A stretch of 64,000 nt of DNA from Fidelibacterota bacterium (lineage in GTDB: Bacteria; Fidelibacterota; UBA8477; JABMPR01), in the NCBI GenBank assembly GCA_021734255.1, contig JAIPJM010000003.1:61517-125516 (forward strand), read 5' to 3'. The notes below the pieces were generated by a model. The model was not told where the DNA came from. It saw only the letters and a list, made by a program, of their open reading frames with translations, and made no database searches. The translations under genes and the position numbers were made by a program. This document shows positions 36,871 through 47,347 of the stretch, piece after piece (the first letter of the stretch is position 1; each line of letters opens with the position of its first letter).

Positions 36871-37518
36871 TTAGTTGTTCTTCAACCTGAATACAACAGG
36901 GACGGAGATCCTTACCGTCACTGCCTTGTCACGCTGGTAAGCCGGTTTCCACTTGATCACCTTGATGGCATCCATGGCAGCTTCATCCAGGCCCGTCTTG
37001 GGAATACCCTTGAGGATGGTAGTCTCGATCACGCGACCATCTTTACCAATGGTGGCTTGTACGATGACGGTACCCTCGATACCAGCTTCTCTGGCGATCT
37101 CCGGATAAACCACAGCCTTCTGGATCGCTGCGTAACCACCCATGGGTTCCGGTGGTTCATCATACGCAATAAAGATAACATTGCTTTCTGGTGGCGGTGG
37201 TGGTTCGTCCAACATCTCAAAATCTTCCAGATCCGTCTCTTCGATGGTGAAATCTTCATCGATCTCCTCATCTTCAGATTCGATTGGGATCGAGGGACGA
37301 GCTGGTGGTGGTGGCTTGTCAAATTGCTGCGTTTCAGGTGGGATCTCAATACTTTCAATAGGTGCTACGTATTCTTCCTGTTCGATCTCTTCCACAGCAA
37401 ATTTCGGGACTGCGTAGAGCACAACTGTGAATACAGCCAAAACGATAATGGCACCAATTTCAAGATGCTTCCTGTGTTGTAGCTTGAGCGAGGCATGGGG
37501 ATACTGTTGTGGTAGCAT
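36871..37518 (-). CDS. tonB: Energy transducer TonB
   Basis: N-terminal TM. Pro/Glu-rich spacer. C-terminal TonB_C (GTVIVQATIGKDGRV...VPVVFRLK). Confidence 0.8.
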   Translation of the reverse strand: MLPQQYPHASLKLQHRKHLEIGAIIVLAVFTVVLYAVPKFAVEEIEQEEYVAPIESIEIPPETQQFDKPPPPARPSIPIESEDEEIDEDFTIEETDLEDFEMLDEPPPPPESNVIFIAYDEPPEPMGGYAAIQKAVVYPEIAREAGIEGTVIVQATIGKDGRVIETTILKGIPKTGLDEAAMDAIKVIKWKPAYQRDKAVTVRISVPVVFRLKNN

Positions 37519-37521
37519 AGT

Positions 37522-37929
37522 TTACTCCCTTGGCTTCGCAGAATAATTGATCTTCAGGGCTGAGGCCTCCCTCAACTCCTGGTGGACATCTGTGATGATC
37601 TCCATCTCGGTCTGGCGATCTGCTTTCAATGACGTGGTCAGTTGGGGATCTGCTACGACTTTATCATACATGATCGTACGAATCTTGCCCACATCAATGA
37701 TCTGATCATCGATGGATACAGTTCCTTCTGCCGTCACCCAGATGTGAGATACGTGCTTATTTCCTTCCAGCTTTGCGATCTGCTTCGCTTCCGGCAGGAT
37801 CAGCTTCAATCCCTGGAATTCTCGAAGAACAGTCACGACCATGAAGAAGATAAGCAGCATAAAGATGATATCAGGGAGTGACGAGGTCGGAATTCCTGGA
37901 TCAATTTTAGTTTTTCTCTTTAGTCGCAT
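37522..37929 (-). CDS. exbD: Biopolymer transport protein ExbD/TolR
   Basis: DIIFMLLIFFMV motif. About 135 aa. Confidence 0.85.
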   Translation of the reverse strand: MRLKRKTKIDPGIPTSSLPDIIFMLLIFFMVVTVLREFQGLKLILPEAKQIAKLEGNKHVSHIWVTAEGTVSIDDQIIDVGKIRTIMYDKVVADPQLTTSLKADRQTEMEIITDVHQELREASALKINYSAKPRE

Positions 37930-37932
37930 GCT

Positions 37933-38352
37933 CTAATTCTCCGGGTCAACGATGGAAATACGTTTTGCATTTGCCTGCTTCAACTGGTCTATCACTTCGA
38001 TATAGACCCGATACTTTGTCTGGGATGCTGTTTTCACAGAAAAGATCATTTTGTCATTGGTCGCGATCAACTGTTTTGCAATGTGCTTGAGTTCGCGAAC
38101 ATCGATAAGACGAACATCGTCTTCGTGATCCAATGCGATCTTTCCAGAAGCATTGACAAGAATATTGGTGATGTTCTTCTTGTGTACTTCCACCTGTGAG
38201 TCCCCTTTTTCAGGAAGCACAAGCCCCAGTCCCTTGTCCATATCGATGGTTGTGGTCACCAGGAAGAATAGCAATAGCATAAACACAATATCCGGAAGGG
38301 AGGCAGTTGGAATCTCACCCCCAGGTTTATCTCTTTTTTTCTTTACCAGCAT
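37933..38352 (-). CDS. exbD: Biopolymer transport protein ExbD/TolR (second copy)
   Basis: DIVFMLLLFFLV motif. Confidence 0.85.
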   Translation of the reverse strand: MLVKKKRDKPGGEIPTASLPDIVFMLLLFFLVTTTIDMDKGLGLVLPEKGDSQVEVHKKNITNILVNASGKIALDHEDDVRLIDVRELKHIAKQLIATNDKMIFSVKTASQTKYRVYIEVIDQLKQANAKRISIVDPEN

Positions 38353-38377
38353 AGTATTACCCGGTCAATTGTGTTTA

Positions 38378-38989
38378 TTAACTCTTCTCCATCTCTTCAA
38401 TCGTATCCAGTAGATCGATGGAAGCCTCTTCCATTTTGATGATCAGTCTGTCGATCATGAATGTAAAAAGATTCTGTGAGAACTGGATAACCATAGCAAC
38501 GATCAACCCGAAGAGAGTCGTCAGCAGGGCCATTGAGATACCAACAGCAACGAGAGCAGGCTGGATATCATTGGCAGCAGCGATAGAATCGAATGCCTTA
38601 ACCATACCATAAACTGTTCCGGTGAATCCAAGCATTGGTGCGAGTGATACCACTGTTGAGAGCCAGATCATATTGTTCTCAAGAAATGACATCTCAATGG
38701 AGCCGGCACTTTCGATCGCCTTTTCCGCTGCCAGTACACCACGGTCAGCTCTGGATAGACCTGCCAGATAGATCATTGGAACTGAACCAGGCGTGTTGCG
38801 ACAGACTTCAATAGCCGCATCTTTACCCTGTTCTTTCAAGGTCGTATTGATCTCTGAGAGAAATGATTTTGTCTGAATAGTTGCTTTCATCAAGCTGATG
38901 AATCGTTCAACAACGAACACCAGACCGAAGATGAAGACAATAAGAATCGGCCACATGAATTGACCACCGTTTAAAAACCACTGAACCAT
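38378..38989 (-). CDS. exbB: MotA/TolQ/ExbB proton channel
   Basis: 3 TM helices. MLGFTGTVYGMVKAF motif. Confidence 0.85.
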   Translation of the reverse strand: MVQWFLNGGQFMWPILIVFIFGLVFVVERFISLMKATIQTKSFLSEINTTLKEQGKDAAIEVCRNTPGSVPMIYLAGLSRADRGVLAAEKAIESAGSIEMSFLENNMIWLSTVVSLAPMLGFTGTVYGMVKAFDSIAAANDIQPALVAVGISMALLTTLFGLIVAMVIQFSQNLFTFMIDRLIIKMEEASIDLLDTIEEMEKS

Positions 38990-39131
38990 TTCGGTTATTC
39001 CTCCTAATCCTATGTAGATTTCAGAATTTGACTTACCCTACCTTATCCTTCAATCATAGTCGGATACCTAAGTAAAGTCAATCAATTTCCCTATTAATGC
39101 CCCGTCGTTTCTCAGTTATTCAGGGCAAATT

Positions 39132-40727
39132 TCAAAAATATTCAGCTACCCTGCCAATATCGCGTGCCTGGTCAAAATATCCCAGTGCTTCCTGAACCTG
39201 ATTATCCATCTGGGTCCTGATCTGATATTGCTCATTTCGGCCAAAAAGTTTTGCGGCCAGTTCGCTCTTGATGTAGTACCGGATAGTCTCTTCGTCCTCG
39301 CGGATCTTCTCTTTATCAAGCTCAAGATCCTCAATAGCGAAGATCTTCTCGTAAACCTCATTCAAGAGTTCATCGCTTACTTCATACTCGCGATTGAAGG
39401 TCGGCCAATCATCACCGAGCTCCGGATGTTCTCCTGCATAATCTGCGGCAATTCGGAAAAAGAACCTTATATCATTGCGCCTTACCTTTGCCAGATCGCG
39501 GGAGATCGTTGCTGGATCCTCGAGAGTGATATCAGGTGTGATGCCACCACCACCATAGACGGTACGTCCCGTCTTGGTCTTGAATTGGGGTCTATCCTCC
39601 AGCTTGGTGGTGTCAACGCCCCGTTCCCTGTCCATGAGTTCAGAATAATATTCATAGGCATCACCGTTCTCATATTCTCGCTGAATGAGACGACCGCTCG
39701 GTGTATAATATCTCGCAACAGTCACCCGAATAGCAGAGCCATCCCGAAGTGGGTACTGGCGCTGAACCAGCCCTTTTCCAAAGCTTGTCTCTCCCACAAC
39801 AATGCCTCGGTCCAGATCCTGGAGTGCGCCGGCCAAAATCTCACTGGCTGATGCTGAACCGCGATTGATCATGGCAATGATGGGTTGTTTATAGTAGGTC
39901 GCCTTATGATTTGAAAACATTTCTTCATTGGCATTCTTCAGCCGACCCTTTGTGGATAGGATCTTCTCGCCGCCGGGGAGGATATAATCAACAATTTTGA
40001 TGACCTCATCCATGTAGCCACCGCTATTGTTTCGCAGGTCGATAAGCAGTCGTTTCATACCCTGAGCCTGTAGTTCTGAGATGGCTGAGATGACTTCATT
40101 TGAGGTCGTTGATGAAAATCGATTCAGCAGAATATATCCTGTGCTGTCTTCCATGACGAACTTGGCCAGAACGCTATAGATCGGGATCTTATCACGAATG
40201 ATGGTAACCGGGATCAGTTCATCTTCGCCAGGTCTGGAGATCTCAAGGTCAACTTTTGAACCCTTGGGACCTCGTAATTTTTCAAACACACCATCGCGGG
40301 TGATCTTGAATGCGGACTCGTCGTCAATAGTGACGATCTGGTCACCTGGCTCCAGGAGACCATCTGAAGGAGAGCCGACAATGGGCGTGATCACGGTAAT
40401 AAAATCATCGATCAGGTCAAATTCGATCCCAATACCTTCAAAATTTCCTCTAAAGCTCTCATTGATCTGTTCTGTTCGGTCAGCCCCAATGAAGACGGAG
40501 TGGGGGTCCAGAGCTTCCATGAGTCCATTCTGAGCTCCGATCATGGTCTTGTCCCAATCCACATCATCCACATAGTTGGTGTTGATGATCTTTACCATGT
40601 CCTGGAAGTCACGCCATTTGTTATAAAAGTCGCTACCCTGGGCAAAAATGACCTCACCTGAGGGGGTCAGTGCGATAGCACCCAGGATGACGAGGCTAGC
40701 AATCGCTATGTTTCTAAATACTTTCAT
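39132..40727 (-). CDS. ctp: S41 family carboxyl-terminal processing peptidase
   Basis: GVFEKLRGPKGSKVDL (PDZ) and GSASASEILAGALQD catalytic motif. Confidence 0.85.
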   Translation of the reverse strand: MKVFRNIAIASLVILGAIALTPSGEVIFAQGSDFYNKWRDFQDMVKIINTNYVDDVDWDKTMIGAQNGLMEALDPHSVFIGADRTEQINESFRGNFEGIGIEFDLIDDFITVITPIVGSPSDGLLEPGDQIVTIDDESAFKITRDGVFEKLRGPKGSKVDLEISRPGEDELIPVTIIRDKIPIYSVLAKFVMEDSTGYILLNRFSSTTSNEVISAISELQAQGMKRLLIDLRNNSGGYMDEVIKIVDYILPGGEKILSTKGRLKNANEEMFSNHKATYYKQPIIAMINRGSASASEILAGALQDLDRGIVVGETSFGKGLVQRQYPLRDGSAIRVTVARYYTPSGRLIQREYENGDAYEYYSELMDRERGVDTTKLEDRPQFKTKTGRTVYGGGGITPDITLEDPATISRDLAKVRRNDIRFFFRIAADYAGEHPELGDDWPTFNREYEVSDELLNEVYEKIFAIEDLELDKEKIREDEETIRYYIKSELAAKLFGRNEQYQIRTQMDNQVQEALGYFDQARDIGRVAEYF

Positions 40728-40916
40728 AATCTCAATCTATATAACCCAAACTACTTGATTCGGTTCCAACATTACTCGTAGCCTGTAAAATAATTGAGCG
40801 CATCAAACGATGAAAGCACCCATTTGGCTCTGGAAATAATAATCGCCGATGGGTTTCACCGGCGATTAATTCTATAACAGGGATGTTTTAGGTGTCCAAG
40901 CACCGAAAAATGGGGC

Positions 40917-41684
40917 TTAAAGGGTAACGTAAAGCTGGGTTCTCAAAAACAGAGCAGAGAGAGAGACCTCAGGAGAATCAACAATCGATTCTGCATTATA
41001 CAGGTTCCATGAGCCTGATGCAGCAATTTGATAGTTATAACCAACCACGGCTTTTAATCCGATCATACGCGAGACGTCAAAGCGAAATCCCAAATAAGGC
41101 TGAACAACCGGCAAGGTCCAGGCTGAAACTTCAAACGCTTTTCTTCCGGTAACGCCTGCACCCGTGTCTGTACCTGAGATCACATCCTGCCAGCTTTCAT
41201 TACCCGGTGAGGATTGGGCACTTACCGACACATATCCGATACCGAACATGGATCCACCCAACAACATCAATCGAGAACGCGAATGTGTGTTGAGTTCAGT
41301 CGTCAGCCCAACCTGATTTATAGTAAAATTGATATAAAATTGATCATCATTCGTATCATTACCTGATGCTTTATATTCACCAATTCCTGCATACATACCA
41401 ATGGTCCAGTGGGGAGACACCTCTCCAAATCCCTCGAAACCAGAGAAGACCATATTCGAACTTTTGATCCCGGTTGTCAGGCTAGCGTTTGCTATATCAA
41501 ACTCCGGTGCAGTTGAAAAAGTCGGCAGGTCCGCAAATGCATCTTCGTCCATTTTCAGGGAAATCATGTAAGAGAAAGAGGGTCCGATGCCAGAATGCAG
41601 GGCTGGTTTACCTTCTGAGAACTGGGCCTGCACGGATCCAAGGATCAAGCCTGCCATCACAAATAGTTTCGAAAAATTTCTCAT
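40917..41684 (-). CDS. Putative outer-membrane beta-barrel protein (start at MRNFSKLFVMAGLILGSVQA signal peptide)
   Basis: Signal peptide. Alternating amphipathic beta-strand pattern. Gly/Ser/Tyr-rich. Confidence 0.4.
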   Translation of the reverse strand: MRNFSKLFVMAGLILGSVQAQFSEGKPALHSGIGPSFSYMISLKMDEDAFADLPTFSTAPEFDIANASLTTGIKSSNMVFSGFEGFGEVSPHWTIGMYAGIGEYKASGNDTNDDQFYINFTINQVGLTTELNTHSRSRLMLLGGSMFGIGYVSVSAQSSPGNESWQDVISGTDTGAGVTGRKAFEVSAWTLPVVQPYLGFRFDVSRMIGLKAVVGYNYQIAASGSWNLYNAESIVDSPEVSLSALFLRTQLYVTL

Positions 41685-41956
41685 TGTTGTTTTACCTCCC
41701 AAAAGGATAGTCCTGCTGGATGTTCCCTGGTTTACATCGAGATCAGCGTAAAAATCAGGCGCTAATTTGTCTCGCTTTTTGTCTACATGCAAATTGTTGA
41801 CACAATATATGTGCTCTCAATTTTTTACACAAGTCTTTTAAGAAATTACTTTAAGTGTTGGCGTAAATTTATATTGCATACAGGAGTTTAGCCCAATAAA
41901 TTGGCTTAACGTTTGGAGTAGGATTCAAAGTTTAAACCGTAAAGAAATGGGTTTCC

Positions 41957-44900
41957 ATGATGAGCAAACATTTTTTTAGCCATGTAATGCTGCGTTATAT
42001 CTTGCTGGCTCCGCTTATTGTTGCACTGTCCATAACGAGTCTGTTCGGTGCTGGCAACCTTCGTGATATTCACCATGTTACAGATCTGGGGGATTTGAAT
42101 CATGATGGGAATAATGATTTTGGAGCAATCAGAAAAGGCAACGGTTCCAATACTGAACTGATCGGATTTTCAGTCAATCCTGACGGTGATTTTGATATTT
42201 TCTGGCGGTTTGCCCTGCCTGAAAACCTTATTGGTGAATGGGTTGACTTTACCCTGGCTGACTTAAACCTGAACGGCCGCCCTGAATTAGTAGCTATCAT
42301 GAAACTGGTCTCTGCAGGCTCTGGCAGTAATGCGCCCTGGCTATATGGCTTCGAATGGACTGGTAGTGAATTTGAATATATCCCCAGTTTTCAATGGGCT
42401 TGGAAGTCCGAGAGTGGACTGTTTGCCCGACCGGGCCAGATCGAGGTAGCGGATATTGATAGAGACGGATTAAGCGAATTATTTATCACCTTAAGCGCAC
42501 CTCAGGTCAATCTGCTGGTTCTTGAATTCAATGGTGATCTCAAGACAGCTGAAGTGGAGATCGAATACAGCGGCCTGCCTAGCTCCATGACAAAAATTCC
42601 TGCTTCCATATCCATCGCTGTTGCAGATGTAAATGCAGACAATAATGACGATATTATCCTCATGCAGAAACAGGGATCACAGGTCATGACGGCCGGTATC
42701 GTATCCATGGCCGAGGATAAATATTCGCACCAAGCCTTACCGACTTTCACCTTGAATGCCCGCGATGAGGTCATTCATAATTCTACTATCTCAAAAGCTG
42801 ACTTGGGTGGGCGTGGATCAAACCTCGTCTACATCGGTAGTTCTGGGGGTACGATCTACCAGTATGACCCCACCATCGGTGGCTCTGTCTGGCAACGCTT
42901 TTCATCCCCCATCAATACCCTATCCTTTTCTGACATGAATGGGAACGGGTTAACCGAAGGGCTCATTCAAAGCGGCGACCGGATCTACTTTCTTGAACAA
43001 GCGACCAATGGCGTTGGCTTTGATTGTTTCCACTCTCTTGTTGATGCAACGATCAGTGGGCAGGACGTGCTTGCCTTCCGCGATGGCCTCCTTATCAAGA
43101 ATCATGGGGTCTACCAATTCATGGCAGTGGGTGAATCCGCTCCCCATATGACTGAGGATATGGAAGAGATGGAGGAAGCGACAGAAGAGATCACAGAAGA
43201 AGCAGCTGAGGAACCCATGCAGGCAGAACCACCACTCCTGGATAAACTGGTATCTGAACCTGCCGAGACCACCATGATTTCCGAACCCCAGAGAAAACCA
43301 AAAGCACCAGACATTATCCTCCATGTTAATGAAAGTTTTGTACACAACATCCCCCGCCAGGATGATATGGATCCAGGCCAGGCTTACGTGAAATTCCGCA
43401 CCTACCCTGAAGGCATGAGACTGGGTAAGGATTTCGTCTTGAGATGGAACCCAACAGAGGATCAACTGGGCTATCATCAGATCTCTTATTCATTTGGACA
43501 GAGTCTGGATACCAGTATCACCGTGTATGTAAATCATCCACCCGATATTTTTTCAACGCCGCCACCTCTGGCCCAAACCGGTCAGCAGTATCTGTATCAA
43601 GTACAGTGGGAAGATCTGAATACTGAGCAGTATAGCGAATTCGAATTGATCTCAGCACCCTCTGGAATGGCAGTAGATGAGGAGGGTCTGGTTCGGTGGC
43701 TTCCCAGCGATACCCAGCTTGACTCCCAGTATGTCACACTCAGTATCAGCGATGGATTTGAACGAACGCTTCAAAAATTTGCACTCTATGTGAACATCTT
43801 ACCCCTTGTTCTGGACAAACCTGCACCCGTCGCATTTGTCAATGAGCCCTACGTTGGACAGATCGGCATTCAGGATAAGAACGAACCCAATACGGCACGC
43901 GTGATTCCACTTCGGGCACCACAGAACCTGGTTTTGGAATCCTCCGGTCGTATTACCTGGACGCCTGAAGAAAGGCAAACCGGTTTTCATGATGTCCTGT
44001 TTGAGCTCACAGATGACATGTCAACCAGCCTGGACTCATTCACACTGTTCGCCAATACACCACCAATTATTTCATCCCGGTATGAGAAACATGTGCCGGT
44101 CGGTAAACCCTGGAATTATAACGTTGAGGTCCAGGACCCCAATGCCAATCAGGATATCGGCTTCCTGATCTCCGAAAGCAGCATCCCCAATTTGACGATC
44201 AGTCGGCGCGGTCGTATTACCTGGACGCCAACAGAAGCTGAACTCGGACGGCAGACCTTTACCGTGTCTGTGTCGGATGGCTTGCGAGACGATCTCCAAA
44301 AGGTCGATATCTATGTAAATAGCCCTCCTGTGCTAGGGAAAGTGACTGATACCCTTGCCATTGTTGCCAGACCATTTACAACCACTGTTCCGGTCACGGA
44401 TCACAACAAGGGTCAGGCATTGAATTATACCTTCCTCTCTGCACCTGATGGAATGACTATTTCCAATGCCGGTCAGATAGAGTGGACCCCAACCCGGGGT
44501 CAAAAGGGCTGGAATGAGGTCTTTGTCAAGGTCTCTGATGAGTACGCCTCCGATACCTATAAGTTTGCGGTGTATGCCAATGCCCCGCCTATCATTGTAT
44601 CTACACCTGATACACTTGCTATAGCCGGACAAGAGTATGTCTATGAATTAAAGGCACTTGACCTGAATACAGACCAGACCCTGGTGTTTGAAGTTTTGAA
44701 TGCTCCGGAAGGTGTAAGCATTCGTAACAACTCGGCTGTGGTCTGGACACCCACTCTTGATCAGCTGGATAAAGCCCAATTCAAGGTCAGTGTAACAGAT
44801 GGGCATGACACCAATGTCCAAACTGTTGATCTCTTTGTGAATGCCCTGCCTGAAGTCACCTCAAAACCATCTGCGGTAGTACTGGCTGATCGCAAGTACC

Positions 44901-45199
44901 GATATCAGCTCAAGTCACGGGACTTGAATAAAGACAGCATCACCTACTCAACTGTCCTTCTGCCAAGTGGCGCGGATATGGACACAGAAGAAGGCTTGAT
45001 CACCTGGACACCAGATAAGTCCAACGAAGGAGCCAATAAATTCATTATTCAGTTAACTGACTCGCGCGGCTCGACCAACTTGCATGAATTTGAGGTTAAT
45101 GTCTTTGAAGATCCCAAAACACCCATGCGTCAAATGGGAGCCTTTATCATCACGCTGGCAGGTATTGGCGCGATGTTCATCCTAAAATTCCTGTCTTGA
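41957..45199 (+). CDS. Large cell-surface protein: N-terminal FG-GAP/VCBS-like region, acidic linker, about 7 tandem cadherin-like/He_PIG Ig domains, C-terminal TM anchor
   Basis: Modules of about 95 aa repeat the pattern PP.I...Y.Y.V...D.N....F.L.SAP.GM.I...G.I.WTP...Q.G...V.V.VSDG......F.V.V. Acidic stretch MTEDMEEMEEATEEITEEAAEE. Ends with the hydrophobic MGAFIITLAGIGAMFILKFLS. Confidence 0.7.
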   Translation: MMSKHFFSHVMLRYILLAPLIVALSITSLFGAGNLRDIHHVTDLGDLNHDGNNDFGAIRKGNGSNTELIGFSVNPDGDFDIFWRFALPENLIGEWVDFTLADLNLNGRPELVAIMKLVSAGSGSNAPWLYGFEWTGSEFEYIPSFQWAWKSESGLFARPGQIEVADIDRDGLSELFITLSAPQVNLLVLEFNGDLKTAEVEIEYSGLPSSMTKIPASISIAVADVNADNNDDIILMQKQGSQVMTAGIVSMAEDKYSHQALPTFTLNARDEVIHNSTISKADLGGRGSNLVYIGSSGGTIYQYDPTIGGSVWQRFSSPINTLSFSDMNGNGLTEGLIQSGDRIYFLEQATNGVGFDCFHSLVDATISGQDVLAFRDGLLIKNHGVYQFMAVGESAPHMTEDMEEMEEATEEITEEAAEEPMQAEPPLLDKLVSEPAETTMISEPQRKPKAPDIILHVNESFVHNIPRQDDMDPGQAYVKFRTYPEGMRLGKDFVLRWNPTEDQLGYHQISYSFGQSLDTSITVYVNHPPDIFSTPPPLAQTGQQYLYQVQWEDLNTEQYSEFELISAPSGMAVDEEGLVRWLPSDTQLDSQYVTLSISDGFERTLQKFALYVNILPLVLDKPAPVAFVNEPYVGQIGIQDKNEPNTARVIPLRAPQNLVLESSGRITWTPEERQTGFHDVLFELTDDMSTSLDSFTLFANTPPIISSRYEKHVPVGKPWNYNVEVQDPNANQDIGFLISESSIPNLTISRRGRITWTPTEAELGRQTFTVSVSDGLRDDLQKVDIYVNSPPVLGKVTDTLAIVARPFTTTVPVTDHNKGQALNYTFLSAPDGMTISNAGQIEWTPTRGQKGWNEVFVKVSDEYASDTYKFAVYANAPPIIVSTPDTLAIAGQEYVYELKALDLNTDQTLVFEVLNAPEGVSIRNNSAVVWTPTLDQLDKAQFKVSVTDGHDTNVQTVDLFVNALPEVTSKPSAVVLADRKYRYQLKSRDLNKDSITYSTVLLPSGADMDTEEGLITWTPDKSNEGANKFIIQLTDSRGSTNLHEFEVNVFEDPKTPMRQMGAFIITLAGIGAMFILKFLS

Positions 45200-45223
45200 T
45201 CCTACATCCAAACAGGACTGAAA

Positions 45224-45254
45224 GACCCCGGCAATTTTGTCGGGGTTTTTTTAT
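45224..45254 (+). terminator. Rho-independent terminator (gaccccggcaattttgtcggggttttttt)
   Basis: Stem-loop plus T-run after the adhesin gene. Confidence 0.65.
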
Positions 45255-45421
45255 ATGATATTTTCCAAATGTCCGGGTTTTCCAAGTGACTGGGGAGCTT
45301 GAAAAGACTTTACAAAATTATTTGAACGGTTAGTCTGCACTTTACCCGTCACCCATAAGCTGAGGGCACCCCATACTGAGGAGCCGCTAATTTGGGTATA
45401 TATTTTTAAGGGATCTGGGTT

Positions 45422-46339
45422 TTAAAGTTGATACGATAGCGACATCTGGCTGACCCAGCCGATGCCCCCAAAACTCTGGGTAGCAGACTCGATGAGAATT
45501 CCATGCCAGTCGATCACAAAACCAGCTGAAGCTCCGGCAACAAAATCAGATTCATTGACGCCTGTCTGGAAATCGAAGCGGTTCGAGTTTACACCCAACC
45601 TCAATCGAAAACTTGGATGGAGCAAAACCTCTGCACCAAGGGCCAGGCGTAATTGCTCATCGAAAGCATAGATACCTTCCAGGTTCAATCGCAAAGGAAG
45701 GTGAGAGAGTACCTTGGAAGATCCGACACGGAGCTGTCGCGGCATGGGTTCCTGGCTATCACCCAAAGGGGTTGCTGCCAGATATACACCCACGCTGAGA
45801 GAATCTGCCTCCTGGTTATACACAGCGCCCACGTCATAATAGAAGTCGGAGTTGGACTCAAGATCAACTGTGCGCGTGTAGTGCCCGATCCGGGTTCCCA
45901 GACTCATCGTCTCTGAAAATTTGAAGGCATAGCCAAGCGCGACGGACATCTCCTGGTACCCGAAGGCTCCGGTCGTCACACCCGTGAGCGAGGTGGCATC
46001 AAATTGACCATAATCGAAAAAGGTGGTTTCCAGGCTGAGCCGGTGCCTCTGCAGGGGAAGTAGGCCCCCAGCTGAGTAGCCCTTGATGCCGACCAGATGA
46101 TTAACATATCCTGTTTGGATGGATAATTTATCTGCAAAGGTCATTCCGGCAGGATTACCCTGAATATCCATCCCACCAGTGGGATCGATTGCCCGACCAC
46201 CGCCCATGGCAGCGGAGCGACTGCTGAAAGGATAGTTCAGGATCTGATACGATGGCGTTTCTGCCATACCGACCTGAACCAGAAATCCGGACAAAAGGAT
46301 GGTTTTTAATAATTGCTTGGTCATGACCTTAAAGTACAT
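45422..46339 (-). CDS. PorV/PorQ-like (T9SS-associated) outer-membrane beta-barrel protein
   Basis: Signal peptide. N-terminal SSRSAAMGGG...GNPAGM resembles the PorV ARAxxMGGA...NPAG signature. Confidence 0.5.
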   Translation of the reverse strand: MYFKVMTKQLLKTILLSGFLVQVGMAETPSYQILNYPFSSRSAAMGGGRAIDPTGGMDIQGNPAGMTFADKLSIQTGYVNHLVGIKGYSAGGLLPLQRHRLSLETTFFDYGQFDATSLTGVTTGAFGYQEMSVALGYAFKFSETMSLGTRIGHYTRTVDLESNSDFYYDVGAVYNQEADSLSVGVYLAATPLGDSQEPMPRQLRVGSSKVLSHLPLRLNLEGIYAFDEQLRLALGAEVLLHPSFRLRLGVNSNRFDFQTGVNESDFVAGASAGFVIDWHGILIESATQSFGGIGWVSQMSLSYQL

Positions 46340-46430
46340 GCCTTAAAATGATTTTTGTTTCAATATAAAACAGGACTTTTTTTAGGGTCAGTATGCTAAG
46401 AAAGGCACTCCTGGCATTTTCTGTGGAACC

Positions 46431-47312
46431 ATGCTAGCTTCTGTGCTCATGGTATATTTACTCTGGACACTCCTCATCATTTTACTCTTCTATAGCGGTA
46501 TCCAGATTTTCATCCGGAAAGTTTACGCCTTCAAACCGGTTCCCCACAAAGAAACACCAGCGAAATTCGGCATTCCCTTCGATGAAGTCAGGTTCAAGAC
46601 AGAGAATGATAAGACACTATATGGCTGGTGGATTCCGGCGGTGAAGCATTCCGAGACCGCACCTACCCTAATTCTCGCCCATGGATTATATCGCAATCTG
46701 GGGTACATGCTGCGATATATTCAAAATTTGCATCCCCTGGGTTATAACCTCTTGACCTTCGATTCACGACATCATGGCAGCAGCGACCGGGATGATCATG
46801 CCTCTATGTATAAAATTGGTCAGGATATCACACATGCAGTTCGGTATCTGGAATCGATAAAAGTGGCTCAAGGTCGTTTCGGGGCAATCGGCATCTCGCT
46901 GGGAGGAGCCGGGTCGGTTTACGCTGCCTCCCTGGAACCATCCATCAAAGCCGTTGTCACTGTTGGTGCACCAGCCCATCCTGTCGATGTCATGTACCGT
47001 AGATTCAGGGAATATTATTTACCTGGCTTTGTTGTGTGGTATGCCCTTAGACAGATAGAAAAGGCGATTGGTGTTTCCTTTGATTCTTTTGCACCTGAAA
47101 CCAATATTGCTAAGGCAAAAGCCCACTTCCTGATCATTCATGGAGAGGAGGACCAGGTCGTCTTACACTCACAAGGTGAGAAACTCAAAAAAGCAGGCAA
47201 TGCGGGTCAATGTGAACTGTGGTCGCTGGACGGTTACGGCCATTCCAATTGTCATCATCATCCAGATTTCTGGAATCGGGTTCACACTTTTTTGATCGAT
47301 CAATTAACTTAA
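46431..47312 (+). CDS. Alpha/beta hydrolase with N-terminal TM anchor
   Basis: GISLGG nucleophile elbow. HGEED...GHS C-terminal triad elements. Confidence 0.7.
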   Translation: MLASVLMVYLLWTLLIILLFYSGIQIFIRKVYAFKPVPHKETPAKFGIPFDEVRFKTENDKTLYGWWIPAVKHSETAPTLILAHGLYRNLGYMLRYIQNLHPLGYNLLTFDSRHHGSSDRDDHASMYKIGQDITHAVRYLESIKVAQGRFGAIGISLGGAGSVYAASLEPSIKAVVTVGAPAHPVDVMYRRFREYYLPGFVVWYALRQIEKAIGVSFDSFAPETNIAKAKAHFLIIHGEEDQVVLHSQGEKLKKAGNAGQCELWSLDGYGHSNCHHHPDFWNRVHTFLIDQLT

Positions 47313-47347
47313 GGGATGGTAACTATTTCTTCACAAGGAAGCCAATC

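Noticed and set aside
42950-43477. 175-aa minus-strand ORF and other antisense ORFs inside the large adhesin gene
   Set aside because: Antisense to a gene with an obvious tandem-domain structure. The low-complexity acidic region generates artefactual ORFs.
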